Assembly (NCBI GenBank): GCA_902613545.1
Contig: CACMHW010000005.1
Coordinates: 1,685 to 65,684 of the forward strand
Reading direction: 5' to 3'
DNA length: 64,000 nucleotides
Source of the DNA: an uncultured Pelagibacteraceae bacterium
Lineage (GTDB): Bacteria > Pseudomonadota > Alphaproteobacteria > Pelagibacterales > Pelagibacteraceae
Part shown: positions 19,315-28,368 of the stretch, piece after piece
How positions within the stretch are numbered: position 1 is the first letter of the stretch
Layout: each line of letters begins with the position of its first letter
Position numbers and translations under genes: made by a program
The notes under the pieces: generated by a model
What the model saw: only the letters and a program-made list of their open reading frames with translations
Told to the model about the DNA's origin: nothing
The model's database searches: none

Positions 19315-20760
19315 ATGTACGAAAAATTTGGTCAGTTTATCGATGGTAAATGGCAACAATCATCTAGTGGTGAAACTTATGAAGTGATCAACCCAGCTAC
19401 TGAAGAGATTATCGGTAAAGCATCAAAGGCAAATAGTAAAGATATACAAAGAGCTCTTAAATCAGCAGAAAAAGGTTTAGAAATTTGGAAAAATACATCA
19501 CCATGGGAAAGATCAAAAGTAATTAGAAAAATTTCCGATTTGATGAGAAAAAAAGCTGATACGTTATCGAAGTGGCTTACTTTAGAAGTTGGCAAGCCTC
19601 TATCTGAAGGCTCAGGTGAAGTAGGTGGTGCTGCTGATATATTTGAATGGAACTCTGAAGAAACAAAAAGAATTTTTGGTGAAATAAACCAAAGTCGTTT
19701 TCCTAATACAAAAATACATGTGATCTATCAGCCTGTTGGTGTAGTGGCTGCATTAGTTCCTTGGAATTTTCCAGTTATTTTAGCATCAAGAAAGATTTCT
19801 ACTGCTTTAGCTGCTGGATGTTCAGTTATAGTTAAACCTGATGTAATAACTCCAGGTAGCGTTATGGAAATCGTCGACATATGCAAAGAAGCTGGTGTTC
19901 CACCGGGCGTGGTCAACTTATTATCTGGCGATCCAGCAGCTATTTCTTCTGAATTAATTCAATCAGATATTATTAAAAAAATTTCTATTACTGGATCAAC
20001 TAGGGTAGGTAAGTTAATTCTAAAACAAGCTGCTGATAAAGTTCAAAGAGTAACTATGGAACTAAGTGGGCACTCTCCATTTATTGTTTTTGATGATGTT
20101 GATTTAAATAAAGTAACAGATATGGCTATAACAGCAAAATTTAGAAATAATGGTCAAGTTTGTATTTCTCCTAACAGATTTTATATCCATGAAAAAAAGA
20201 AAGATGAATTTGCTGATCTGATGGTTAAAAAAACAAAAAAACTAAAAATGGGTAATGGTATGGACAAAGACACTTTGCTCGGGCCTTTATGTACAAAAGA
20301 GAGATTAGAAGGTGTTGAAAGATTGGTTGAGACAACCAAAAAAGAGGGTGGAAAAGTTCTCTTGGGTGGTAAAAGAGCCGCAAACTTTAACAAAGGCTAT
20401 TATTATGAACCAACTATATTTGATAATATCAAAGATAATTTTACAGTCATGAAAGAAGAACCATTTGGACCTATAGTTCCAATTCTTAGTTTTAAAGATT
20501 TTGATGAAGTAATGACTAGAGCTAACGACAATGTTTTGGGTTTAGCAAGTTACGTGTATACAACTGATTTAAAAAAAGCAAATCAAGCATCTGAAAAATT
20601 AGAAACTGGTTGTGTAGCAGTTAATACACCAGTAGTTGCCGTTGCAGAAGCTCCATTCGGAGGAATTAAACAAACTGGATATGGAAGAGAGGGCGGATCT
20701 ATGGCAATTAAAGATTACTTGAATATTAAATATACTCACTTTGGTATTTCTTACGAATGA
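19315..20760 (+). CDS. NAD(P)-dependent aldehyde dehydrogenase (succinate-semialdehyde dehydrogenase-like)
   Basis: PWNFP, ITGSTRVG, MELSG, GQVCISP, EEPFGP, PFGGIKQTGYGREG. Confidence 0.9.
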   Translation: MYEKFGQFIDGKWQQSSSGETYEVINPATEEIIGKASKANSKDIQRALKSAEKGLEIWKNTSPWERSKVIRKISDLMRKKADTLSKWLTLEVGKPLSEGSGEVGGAADIFEWNSEETKRIFGEINQSRFPNTKIHVIYQPVGVVAALVPWNFPVILASRKISTALAAGCSVIVKPDVITPGSVMEIVDICKEAGVPPGVVNLLSGDPAAISSELIQSDIIKKISITGSTRVGKLILKQAADKVQRVTMELSGHSPFIVFDDVDLNKVTDMAITAKFRNNGQVCISPNRFYIHEKKKDEFADLMVKKTKKLKMGNGMDKDTLLGPLCTKERLEGVERLVETTKKEGGKVLLGGKRAANFNKGYYYEPTIFDNIKDNFTVMKEEPFGPIVPILSFKDFDEVMTRANDNVLGLASYVYTTDLKKANQASEKLETGCVAVNTPVVAVAEAPFGGIKQTGYGREGGSMAIKDYLNIKYTHFGISYE

Positions 20761-21548
20761 GAAAAAACAAACTTAAAGAAATGTTTAAAGAAGGAAAGCC
20801 AATTGTAAATGGCTGGTTACAAATTCCGAGTGGTTTTTCTGCTGAAGTTATGGCACACCAAGGCTGGGACTCTTGCACTATTGATATGCAACACGGCGTT
20901 GTTGATTACGTGAATGCACTAAATATGCTCCAAGCAATATCAACAACAAGTGTGACTCCATTAGCAAGAGTAAATTGGAATGAACCTGGTCAAATAATGA
21001 AAATATTAGACGCAGGTTGTTATGGAGTCATATGTCCAATGGTAAGTAATAGAAAAGAAGCAGAAAATTTTGTTCAGGCATGCCTCTACCCATCTAAGGG
21101 TTATAGGAGTTTTGGACCAATCAGAGGATTGTTATATGGCGGAAGTGATTATGCCAAGCATTCAGACAATGAAATTTTAAAATTGGCAATGATAGAAACC
21201 AAAGAGGCGCTTGAAAAATTAGATGAAATCTTAGACACTCCAAACTTAGATGGCATATATATAGGGCCCGCTGATCTTAGCTTAGCAATAGGAGAAGAAC
21301 CCGGTTTTGACAAACCAGAGAACACTGTTGCATACAAAGAAATTACAAGAATATTAGAAGCCGCTAAAAAAAGAAGTTTATTTGCTGGTATTCATAATGG
21401 AACCGCTGAGTATGCTAAAAAAATGATCGAAAAAGGTTTCAATTTGGTAACTGTTGGATCAGATCAAAGATTTATGAGCTCAGGAGCAAAAACTGCCATA
21501 GAAAAAATTAAAGGAGCAAAAAAAGGTTCAGAGTCTAAAGGATACTAG
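20757..21548 (+). CDS. HpcH/HpaI-family class II pyruvate aldolase
   Basis: IDMQHG, LARV, LDAG, MIET, IGPADLS. Confidence 0.9.
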   Translation: MRKNKLKEMFKEGKPIVNGWLQIPSGFSAEVMAHQGWDSCTIDMQHGVVDYVNALNMLQAISTTSVTPLARVNWNEPGQIMKILDAGCYGVICPMVSNRKEAENFVQACLYPSKGYRSFGPIRGLLYGGSDYAKHSDNEILKLAMIETKEALEKLDEILDTPNLDGIYIGPADLSLAIGEEPGFDKPENTVAYKEITRILEAAKKRSLFAGIHNGTAEYAKKMIEKGFNLVTVGSDQRFMSSGAKTAIEKIKGAKKGSESKGY

Positions 21549-21554
21549 GTTTAA

Positions 21555-21818
21555 GTGACTTATTTCGTTTATATGCTCAAATCAAAGGGCAAGAAAACTA
21601 TAACATATGTTGGTTATACTAATAATTTAAAAAGACGAATAGATCTTCATAATAATAGTAAAGGGGCAAAATTTACAAGAGGGCGAAAGTGGATATTAAT
21701 TTACAAAGAAGTATATAGGACTAAAAAAGAGGCAATTTCTAGGGAATATTATATAAAGAAGAATAAAAGTCTTAGAAACAAAATTAAAAATGAAAATAGC
21801 AATATTATTACCGTTTAA
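21555..21818 (+). CDS. Small GIY-YIG nuclease family protein
   Basis: YFVYML...TYVGYTNNLKRR...HN..KGAKFTRGR...A.SRE. Confidence 0.9.
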   Translation: MTYFVYMLKSKGKKTITYVGYTNNLKRRIDLHNNSKGAKFTRGRKWILIYKEVYRTKKEAISREYYIKKNKSLRNKIKNENSNIITV

Positions 21819-23916
21819 AGATACTTATACAAAAGATAAAGCGGGATCAGCATCCATATGGGTAAAAGACTTTATAAAAAAGTCAAAATACAAGAGCAAA
21901 ATATTTATATATGGATATATCAAAAATTTAAACAAAAAAAATCTTATTAATCAAACAAATTATATTAATATAAAATATAATTTTGATTTTTACCTTGGAA
22001 GTAAAAATAAAAAATACGTTGAAATATTTAACAAACTAATCAAAGATAAAAAAATTAATTTAGTAGAGCTTCACAATAGACCTAATTATATTGATCATTT
22101 AGACAAGAATTTAAAAAAGATTTTAATTTTTCATAATGACCCCTTAAATCTAAGTGGATCTGAAACAATTAAAGAAAGAAAAAAAATTATTGATAATTGT
22201 GAAAAAGTTTTATTTGTTAGTAATTGGGTTAAACAAAGATTTTTTGAAGGGTTTAAAATTAAAAACGATAACAAATGTGAAGTAATTTATCCAAGTATAA
22301 ATAAGTTAAAAAACTTCCCAAAAAAAGAAAACATAATTATTTTCGTTGGAAAATTAAATAAATCTAAAGGATTTCATTTATTTGGCTCTGCTATAAAACG
22401 AATTCTTAATGAGTTTAAAAACTGGAAATCAATTGTAATTGGAGATGAGCCTAGAGAAAAATATAATTTTAAACATAAAAATTTAACTTTGCTGGGTTGG
22501 ATAAATCACGACAAAACTTTAAAATATTATGAAAAATCAAAAATAGCAGTAAGTCCGTCTACATGGGAAGAGCCTTTTGGAAGAACTTCAATGGAAGCTG
22601 GCTCTAGAGGATGTGCAACAATCATATCAAATAGGGGAGGAATAACTGAAACAAATTTAAATTCTATAATATTAAAAAAACTTACTTCTTTAGAAATTTA
22701 TAAAAATATAAAATATTTAATTAAAAACAAAAAAAAAACTCTTAAAATTCAAAAGGATTCTTTTAAAAATGTTATTCATGAATTAGGAAAAAATTCACGA
22801 AAAATTGATCAAATTAGAGATGAAATTTTAAATAATTTTAATTTTAACGTAAATAGAAATAGGAAATTAAAAATTATTCATATATCAAATTTTGGACAAA
22901 GACAGGCTAATAGGCTGTATAATATTTCAATAGCAAAAAAATTAACAAACGGTCTTATTAGAAATGGTCATGATGTTATTAATATTAGCGACAGAGATGT
23001 TGTAAGATTAAATAGAGGTTTAAAGAACTTTAATAAGGGCTCTGATTATTTAAATAATTTGCTTTTAGAAACAATTGATAATTATAAGCCTGATGCAATG
23101 GTACTAGGTCATGTTAACAATATTCAAGAGAAAACTTTAGAAATTGCTAAGAATAAATATAAAAATTTAAAGATAACCCAATGGTTTGAGGATAATCTTT
23201 CTAAAAATGGTCCTGATCCAGTAACAAATAAAAAAAATTTCTTAAAATATATAGATTATTTAGACCATAGTTTTGTCACTTCAGATCCAAAAAATTTAAA
23301 ACTTGATAAGAAATATTCCTGCAGTTATTTACCTATTCCAGTAGATGAAAATATTGAATATTTAAAATGCTATCAAAATAAAAACCCAATAAAAGATCTA
23401 TTTTTTACAATGAGTCATGGAGTTAATAAGGGTGTTCTTCGAAAAAATAAAATAGATATAAGAGAACCTTTTGTAAAAAAACTGATTTCATTAAATTCAG
23501 ATATTATTTTTGATATTTACGGCTATAAAAACCAGCAGCCTATATGGTCACATGATTTTTATAACGCACTATATAAATCCAAGATGGCTTTAAACTTAAG
23601 CAGAATCAACAATGTAAAATATTACTCAAGTAATAGAATTGCTTCATTAATTGGTAATGGTATTCTAACGTTCGTTGATATAAATACAAAATTAAACGAT
23701 TTTTTTGACAACGATGAGGTTGTCTTTTATAAAAATATAAAAGATTTATCAGAAAAAATTAATTTTTATAAAGATAATACAAACAAAAGATTAAAAATTG
23801 CCAAAAATGGTAAAGAAAAATATTTCAGAATTTTTAACAACAAAATTGTAGCAGATTATATTTGCTCGAGACTTTTCCAAAGAAATATTAAAAAGAAGCT
23901 TTCTTGGATGAAATAA
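21790..23916 (+). CDS. Two-module glycosyltransferase (GT4-like plus CgeB/GT-B-like module)
   Basis: ELHNRP, PSTWEEPFGRTSMEA; second module with LNLSR...YSSNRI. Confidence 0.85.
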   Translation: MKIAILLPFKDTYTKDKAGSASIWVKDFIKKSKYKSKIFIYGYIKNLNKKNLINQTNYINIKYNFDFYLGSKNKKYVEIFNKLIKDKKINLVELHNRPNYIDHLDKNLKKILIFHNDPLNLSGSETIKERKKIIDNCEKVLFVSNWVKQRFFEGFKIKNDNKCEVIYPSINKLKNFPKKENIIIFVGKLNKSKGFHLFGSAIKRILNEFKNWKSIVIGDEPREKYNFKHKNLTLLGWINHDKTLKYYEKSKIAVSPSTWEEPFGRTSMEAGSRGCATIISNRGGITETNLNSIILKKLTSLEIYKNIKYLIKNKKKTLKIQKDSFKNVIHELGKNSRKIDQIRDEILNNFNFNVNRNRKLKIIHISNFGQRQANRLYNISIAKKLTNGLIRNGHDVINISDRDVVRLNRGLKNFNKGSDYLNNLLLETIDNYKPDAMVLGHVNNIQEKTLEIAKNKYKNLKITQWFEDNLSKNGPDPVTNKKNFLKYIDYLDHSFVTSDPKNLKLDKKYSCSYLPIPVDENIEYLKCYQNKNPIKDLFFTMSHGVNKGVLRKNKIDIREPFVKKLISLNSDIIFDIYGYKNQQPIWSHDFYNALYKSKMALNLSRINNVKYYSSNRIASLIGNGILTFVDINTKLNDFFDNDEVVFYKNIKDLSEKINFYKDNTNKRLKIAKNGKEKYFRIFNNKIVADYICSRLFQRNIKKKLSWMK

Positions 23917-23920
23917 AATT

Positions 23921-24826
23921 ATGAAATTTTCTATAGTTATTCCAACTTTTAATAATCTGGAATATTTAAAGTTATGTATTAAAAGTATTAGAAAAAATTC
24001 TTTATTCGAGCACGATATTATCATCCATAATAATGGTGATGTAGAGCCTGATAAATCTTATCTAGAAAGAAATAAATGTATTTATTCTAAGACAAATTAC
24101 AATGCTGGTATTTGCGAAGGTGTAAATAAAGGGGCCGAGAAAGCATCTACAAACTATATAGTTTATGCTCACGATGATTTTTATTTTCTACCAGGATGGG
24201 ATATTGCTTGGAAAAAAGAAATTGAAAAATTAAACCATAATTTATTTTATTTATCCGGCACAATGGTTCAAAACGGACAAGTTAATTTTGATTGTGGTGA
24301 AAATATTAGTGATTTTGATGAAGATAAATTGCTTAAAAATAATGATAAAATAAAATATTTTGATTTTCAGGGTTCAACTTGGGCTCCGCATATTGTTCAT
24401 AAAGAAACTTGGAATAAAGTAGGTGGTTTCAGTGAAGAGTTTTTTCCTGGAACTGGGTCGGATCCTGATCTTAACATGAAACTTTGGAATGCTGGTGTAA
24501 GAATATTTAAAGGAGTTGGTAATTGTAAAGTTTATCATTTTGGCTCTATAGTTACTCGTAAAAAATTCAAAAAAGATAAAAATGTGATTACTGAGTCAGG
24601 TAGTAAGGGTGGTAAGATTTTTTTAAAAAAATGGGGTTTTTCTATTAAATTTTTTACAAAATATTACTTACGTGGCTGCAAAACTACAAAATTTAAAAAA
24701 ATTATTTGCAATAAATATGATGGACCACTTAAGGAACCTAACAAAAACCTTAGCTATTATATAAGTTTACTCATAGATAAGACAAAAAGATTATTAATAT
24801 CTGATGAAATTTTTAAAAATAAGTAA
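23921..24826 (+). CDS. Glycosyltransferase family 2
   Basis: SIVIPTFN, AHDD, VGGFSEEF, SDPD. Confidence 0.88.
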   Translation: MKFSIVIPTFNNLEYLKLCIKSIRKNSLFEHDIIIHNNGDVEPDKSYLERNKCIYSKTNYNAGICEGVNKGAEKASTNYIVYAHDDFYFLPGWDIAWKKEIEKLNHNLFYLSGTMVQNGQVNFDCGENISDFDEDKLLKNNDKIKYFDFQGSTWAPHIVHKETWNKVGGFSEEFFPGTGSDPDLNMKLWNAGVRIFKGVGNCKVYHFGSIVTRKKFKKDKNVITESGSKGGKIFLKKWGFSIKFFTKYYLRGCKTTKFKKIICNKYDGPLKEPNKNLSYYISLLIDKTKRLLISDEIFKNK

Positions 24827-25825
24827 ATGAAAAAAAAATATATATTAGTTACGGGCGGTTTAGGATACATAGGGTCTAATACAATAGCAATCTTAAAAAA
24901 AAATAAATTTGATATTATTATATTAGATAATTTATCGAATTCTAGCAAAACAAGCTTAAGAAATTTAAGAAAAATAATTAATAAAAAGATAATATTTATT
25001 AAAGCTGATGTAAGAAGTAAAAAAATAAACAAAATATTTCAAAAATATAAAATATATTCAGTAATACACTTTGCTGGTTTAAAATCAGTGAAAGAGTCTG
25101 AAAAAAGAAAAAAAGAATATTATGATAATAATATAAATGGGACTAAGAATTTGCTTAATTGTATGGTTAGAAATGGATGTTATAAGATAATTTTTAGCTC
25201 ATCTGCATGTGTATATAATGAAAAATCAAAATCACCTTTAAACGAAAACACTAGTTTAAGACCTAAAAGTTATTATGGTGTTACTAAATTAAAAATTGAA
25301 AAAATTTTAAAAGGTTACAAGAAAAAATATCCAAGATTTAGTTGTATCATTTTAAGATACTTTAACCCTGTTGGAGCTGACAAGACTAATACTCTAAGAG
25401 ATAATCCTAAAAAAGCTGAGAATATTATTCCTAACATATCTAATGTAATTAAAGGAAAAAAACGGATATTTAATATATTTGGAAATAATTATCCAACAAA
25501 AGATGGCACATGTATGAGGGACTATATCCACATTATAGATTTAGCTTCAAGTCATGTAAAATCATTGTCTATAATCAAAAAAAATATTTTCGAAATTATA
25601 AATGTTGGAACTGGAATACCTTATTCCGTAAAAGATATGATAAATTGTTTTAATAAATACCTAAATAAACCAATTACATATAATTTTTCAAAAAGGAGAG
25701 TGGGGGACGTAGCCATATGTTATTCTAATATAAAAAAACAGCGTAAAATATTACATTTTAGACCGAAATATGGGCTGGATGAGATGGTTAAATCCGTTAT
25801 TAAAAGCTTAAATATTAAATCTTAA
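24827..25825 (+). CDS. galE: UDP-glucose 4-epimerase
   Basis: TGGLGYIGS, HFAGLKSV, YGVTK, LRYFNPVGA, DGTCMRDYIH. Confidence 0.9.
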   Translation: MKKKYILVTGGLGYIGSNTIAILKKNKFDIIILDNLSNSSKTSLRNLRKIINKKIIFIKADVRSKKINKIFQKYKIYSVIHFAGLKSVKESEKRKKEYYDNNINGTKNLLNCMVRNGCYKIIFSSSACVYNEKSKSPLNENTSLRPKSYYGVTKLKIEKILKGYKKKYPRFSCIILRYFNPVGADKTNTLRDNPKKAENIIPNISNVIKGKKRIFNIFGNNYPTKDGTCMRDYIHIIDLASSHVKSLSIIKKNIFEIINVGTGIPYSVKDMINCFNKYLNKPITYNFSKRRVGDVAICYSNIKKQRKILHFRPKYGLDEMVKSVIKSLNIKS

Positions 25826-26526
25826 TGAAAAAATTAATACGAAATATTTATAATTTATTATCTATTTCAACTCCTTATTTTATAATCTTTAACTATATAA
25901 AAAATTATTTTCCAAACTATAGGAAAAAAAAGCAATGTTTAAAAAAAGATAAAGAAATTTATCAAAATTTTAAATCAGTAGATATTACTAAAAAATGGTT
26001 CACAAATAATCTTTACTTTTTATCTAAAAATCTCTCAACATTAAAAGTGAAAAGCTTACTAGAAATTGGTTCCTACGAAGGGCGAAGTGCTATTTTTTTT
26101 GCTGATATTTTTAAGGGTACAAAAATATCATGTGTTGATACTTGGTCAGGTAGTGATGAACACGAAAATATTAATTTTAAATCAATAGAAGATAACTTTG
26201 ACCAAAATATTAAACTTTTAAAAAATAATCAATTACTCACAAAATTTAAAATGACATCAGATAATTTTTTTACTCAAAATAATGAAAAGTTTGATTTTGT
26301 TTATGTTGATGGAGATCATTCAAAAGATCAAGTTCTCAAAGATTTACAAAATTCTTGGTCTGTTTTAAATAATAATGGATTTCTTTTAGTTGATGATTAT
26401 ATGTGGTGGTATTATAAAAATTTAGAAAATAATCCTGCATCATCAGTAAATATTTTTATAAATAAAAATATCGACCAAATATCAAAGTTAGTAATTTGGC
26501 ATCAAGTTTTAATTCAGAAAAAGTAG
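25825..26526 (+). CDS. Class I SAM-dependent methyltransferase
   Basis: LEIGSYEGRS, VDTW, YVDGDH, VDDY. Confidence 0.85.
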   Translation: MKKLIRNIYNLLSISTPYFIIFNYIKNYFPNYRKKKQCLKKDKEIYQNFKSVDITKKWFTNNLYFLSKNLSTLKVKSLLEIGSYEGRSAIFFADIFKGTKISCVDTWSGSDEHENINFKSIEDNFDQNIKLLKNNQLLTKFKMTSDNFFTQNNEKFDFVYVDGDHSKDQVLKDLQNSWSVLNNNGFLLVDDYMWWYYKNLENNPASSVNIFINKNIDQISKLVIWHQVLIQKK

Positions 26527-27441
26527 TTATTTATTTGAAATTTTATTTAATGCGTTATTTTTAAACAAATCAGCTTCTTTGATATATCTTCGCACCATAT
26601 CTACTGATTTATGGCCAGTCATAGCCATGATGTTTCTTTCACTAGCTCCATACTCAGCTGTTGTTGTAGCAAAACCTGATCTAAGGCTGTGACCAGCGTA
26701 TTTTTTTTCATCCAAACCTGCACTTAGGGCATGTTTCTTAATTATTAAAGCTACATTCTTATCTGATATTGGAAAAACTAAATCATCTTTATTCTCAATC
26801 ATCCAATTTTTAAGATGATCAACTGGACAATATTCTACATATTTAAAAGAGGGGATTGCTTTAGTCATTCCCTCTCCAGATTGATCTGATTTTGATTTTT
26901 TAACAAATATTTTTACTCCCTCGTTAACAAATTCGACATCATCTTTACTAATGGCTACAAGCTCTGATCTTCTAAATCCTCCTGAGAAGCCTACTAGAAT
27001 TAAGCATTTGTCTCTTAATTTTTTGAATTCACTCTCATTAGAATCATTAATTACTTTAATAATTTTTTTTAAATCATTGAATAATAAAGGTTTTTTTGCT
27101 TTTTGATGTACGCCTATTTGTCTTTTTATGCCTAGTAAATTTTCAACAATTATTGGATGTTTAGTATCTAAATAATGACCTTTATATCTATGCATGACAT
27201 TTATAGACGCTAAACGTCTTTTTAAGGTACTGTACTTAGATTGTTTTGATAGATGAGTTAAATAAAGGGAGACTATTTTTGGATCTGTGGGCATACTTTT
27301 CATCCCATGTTTTGAGCAAAATAATACAAAGTCATTAAAATCAGATTTATAAGCTCGAATAGTATTCTTAGCTTTTGAGAGCTTTAGATTGTCTAAAGTT
27401 TCAATTTCCAGTTTTTTAATTTCAGTTGTTAAATCATTCAT
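26527..27441 (-). CDS. Cre-like tyrosine site-specific recombinase
   Basis: Intact catalytic set R (GFRRSE), K (KSKSD), HxxR (GHSLRSG), H (TGHKS), Y (VRRYI); N-terminal NT.RAY..D...F core-binding domain. Confidence 0.92.
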   Translation of the reverse strand: MNDLTTEIKKLEIETLDNLKLSKAKNTIRAYKSDFNDFVLFCSKHGMKSMPTDPKIVSLYLTHLSKQSKYSTLKRRLASINVMHRYKGHYLDTKHPIIVENLLGIKRQIGVHQKAKKPLLFNDLKKIIKVINDSNESEFKKLRDKCLILVGFSGGFRRSELVAISKDDVEFVNEGVKIFVKKSKSDQSGEGMTKAIPSFKYVEYCPVDHLKNWMIENKDDLVFPISDKNVALIIKKHALSAGLDEKKYAGHSLRSGFATTTAEYGASERNIMAMTGHKSVDMVRRYIKEADLFKNNALNKISNK

Positions 27442-27442
27442 A

Positions 27443-27471
27443 ATTTCCGATAACCATTAATTATCGGAAAT
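27443..27471. other. Putative recombination site (loxP/dif-like): 11-bp inverted arms, 7-bp spacer
   Basis: ATTTCCGATAA-CCATTAA-TTATCGGAAAT, perfect inverted arms one base from the recombinase ATG. Confidence 0.8.
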
Positions 27472-27491
27472 AATATATTAAGTGATTTTAG

Positions 27492-27683
27492 ATGTCAATA
27501 CGTATAATTTTAAAGATCATGATTAAATTTATTCTTCCTATAGCATTATTTATTGCAGCCGTTTATGGAATTTCATATTTCTGGACAAACTCGAGTCCAA
27601 AAGGCAAAAAAACGATTGCTCTAGGCTTAATAATAGCCCTTATAATAGGCATATCTCTAACAATTTTCTTAATATTTGACTAA
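27492..27683 (+). CDS. Small two-TM membrane protein
   Basis: Two hydrophobic helices; coupled to the next gene; start could be the internal ATG at 27519. Confidence 0.6.
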   Translation: MSIRIILKIMIKFILPIALFIAAVYGISYFWTNSSPKGKKTIALGLIIALIIGISLTIFLIFD

Positions 27684-27958
27684 TGAAATTAGTAGGAACT
27701 AAATTTCAGCTAAAAGTATGGACTTATTTGAGTAAAATACCTCGTGGAAGGGTAAAAACGTACTCACAAGTGGCAAAAGCAATAGGAAAACCGCTTGCTG
27801 TGCGTGCTGTAGCCAATGCTATAGGAAAAAACCCCTATGCACCCAAAATACCTTGCCATAGAGTGATTAGATCTGATGGATCGCTTGGTGGCTATTCAGG
27901 CAAAGGAGGAGTTAAAACTAAGAGATTTTTGCTTCAAAAGGAGGGTATAACGCTCTAG
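27683..27958 (+). CDS. Methylated-DNA-protein-cysteine methyltransferase, catalytic domain only (Ogt/MGMT family)
   Basis: FQLKVW...IPRG..KTY...AVRAVANA...IPCHRV...GGYSG. Confidence 0.9.
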   Translation: MKLVGTKFQLKVWTYLSKIPRGRVKTYSQVAKAIGKPLAVRAVANAIGKNPYAPKIPCHRVIRSDGSLGGYSGKGGVKTKRFLLQKEGITL

Positions 27959-28368
27959 AATTGTTATTTGGCGGGCGATCGGGTCTATTGTACCCTATTT
28001 CATTGTATTTTTTATCCACACAACAGTTAGTTGTACTATTAAATCATTAATTGCAAAAAAAAAGCCCTCTATGGCCATTTAAACGGTATATTCCTAATAT
28101 GCAAAGCTTCTAAAAATATTAAATATACATGCTTCTAAACTGCACTAGAACACCCTATTTTAAATGATTTATTGGTATATCCATTTCAAAGTAGATCAAT
28201 TTTATATCTAAAACATAATTTTTAAATATTTTTAGAGAGATTTATTAATTTTTACTCTTAAATAAGTAAGAATTTTCCCTATTTATTTAGGTTTTCTCAT
28301 ATATATATAAATAATACTTACCTATTAATGAATATTATACTTTAATTACTTAACATAAACTACTGTAT

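Noticed and set aside
26527-27441. This recombinase as the integrase for the tRNA-Glu islets
   Set aside because: It lacks an N-terminal arm-binding domain, and its adjacent palindrome does not resemble the tRNA core or arm repeats
27993-28284. CCCTATTT/AAATAGGG as a KOPS-like polar motif
   Set aside because: Too few instances to judge, and a copy near 51347 has the opposite polarity; needs whole-genome counts
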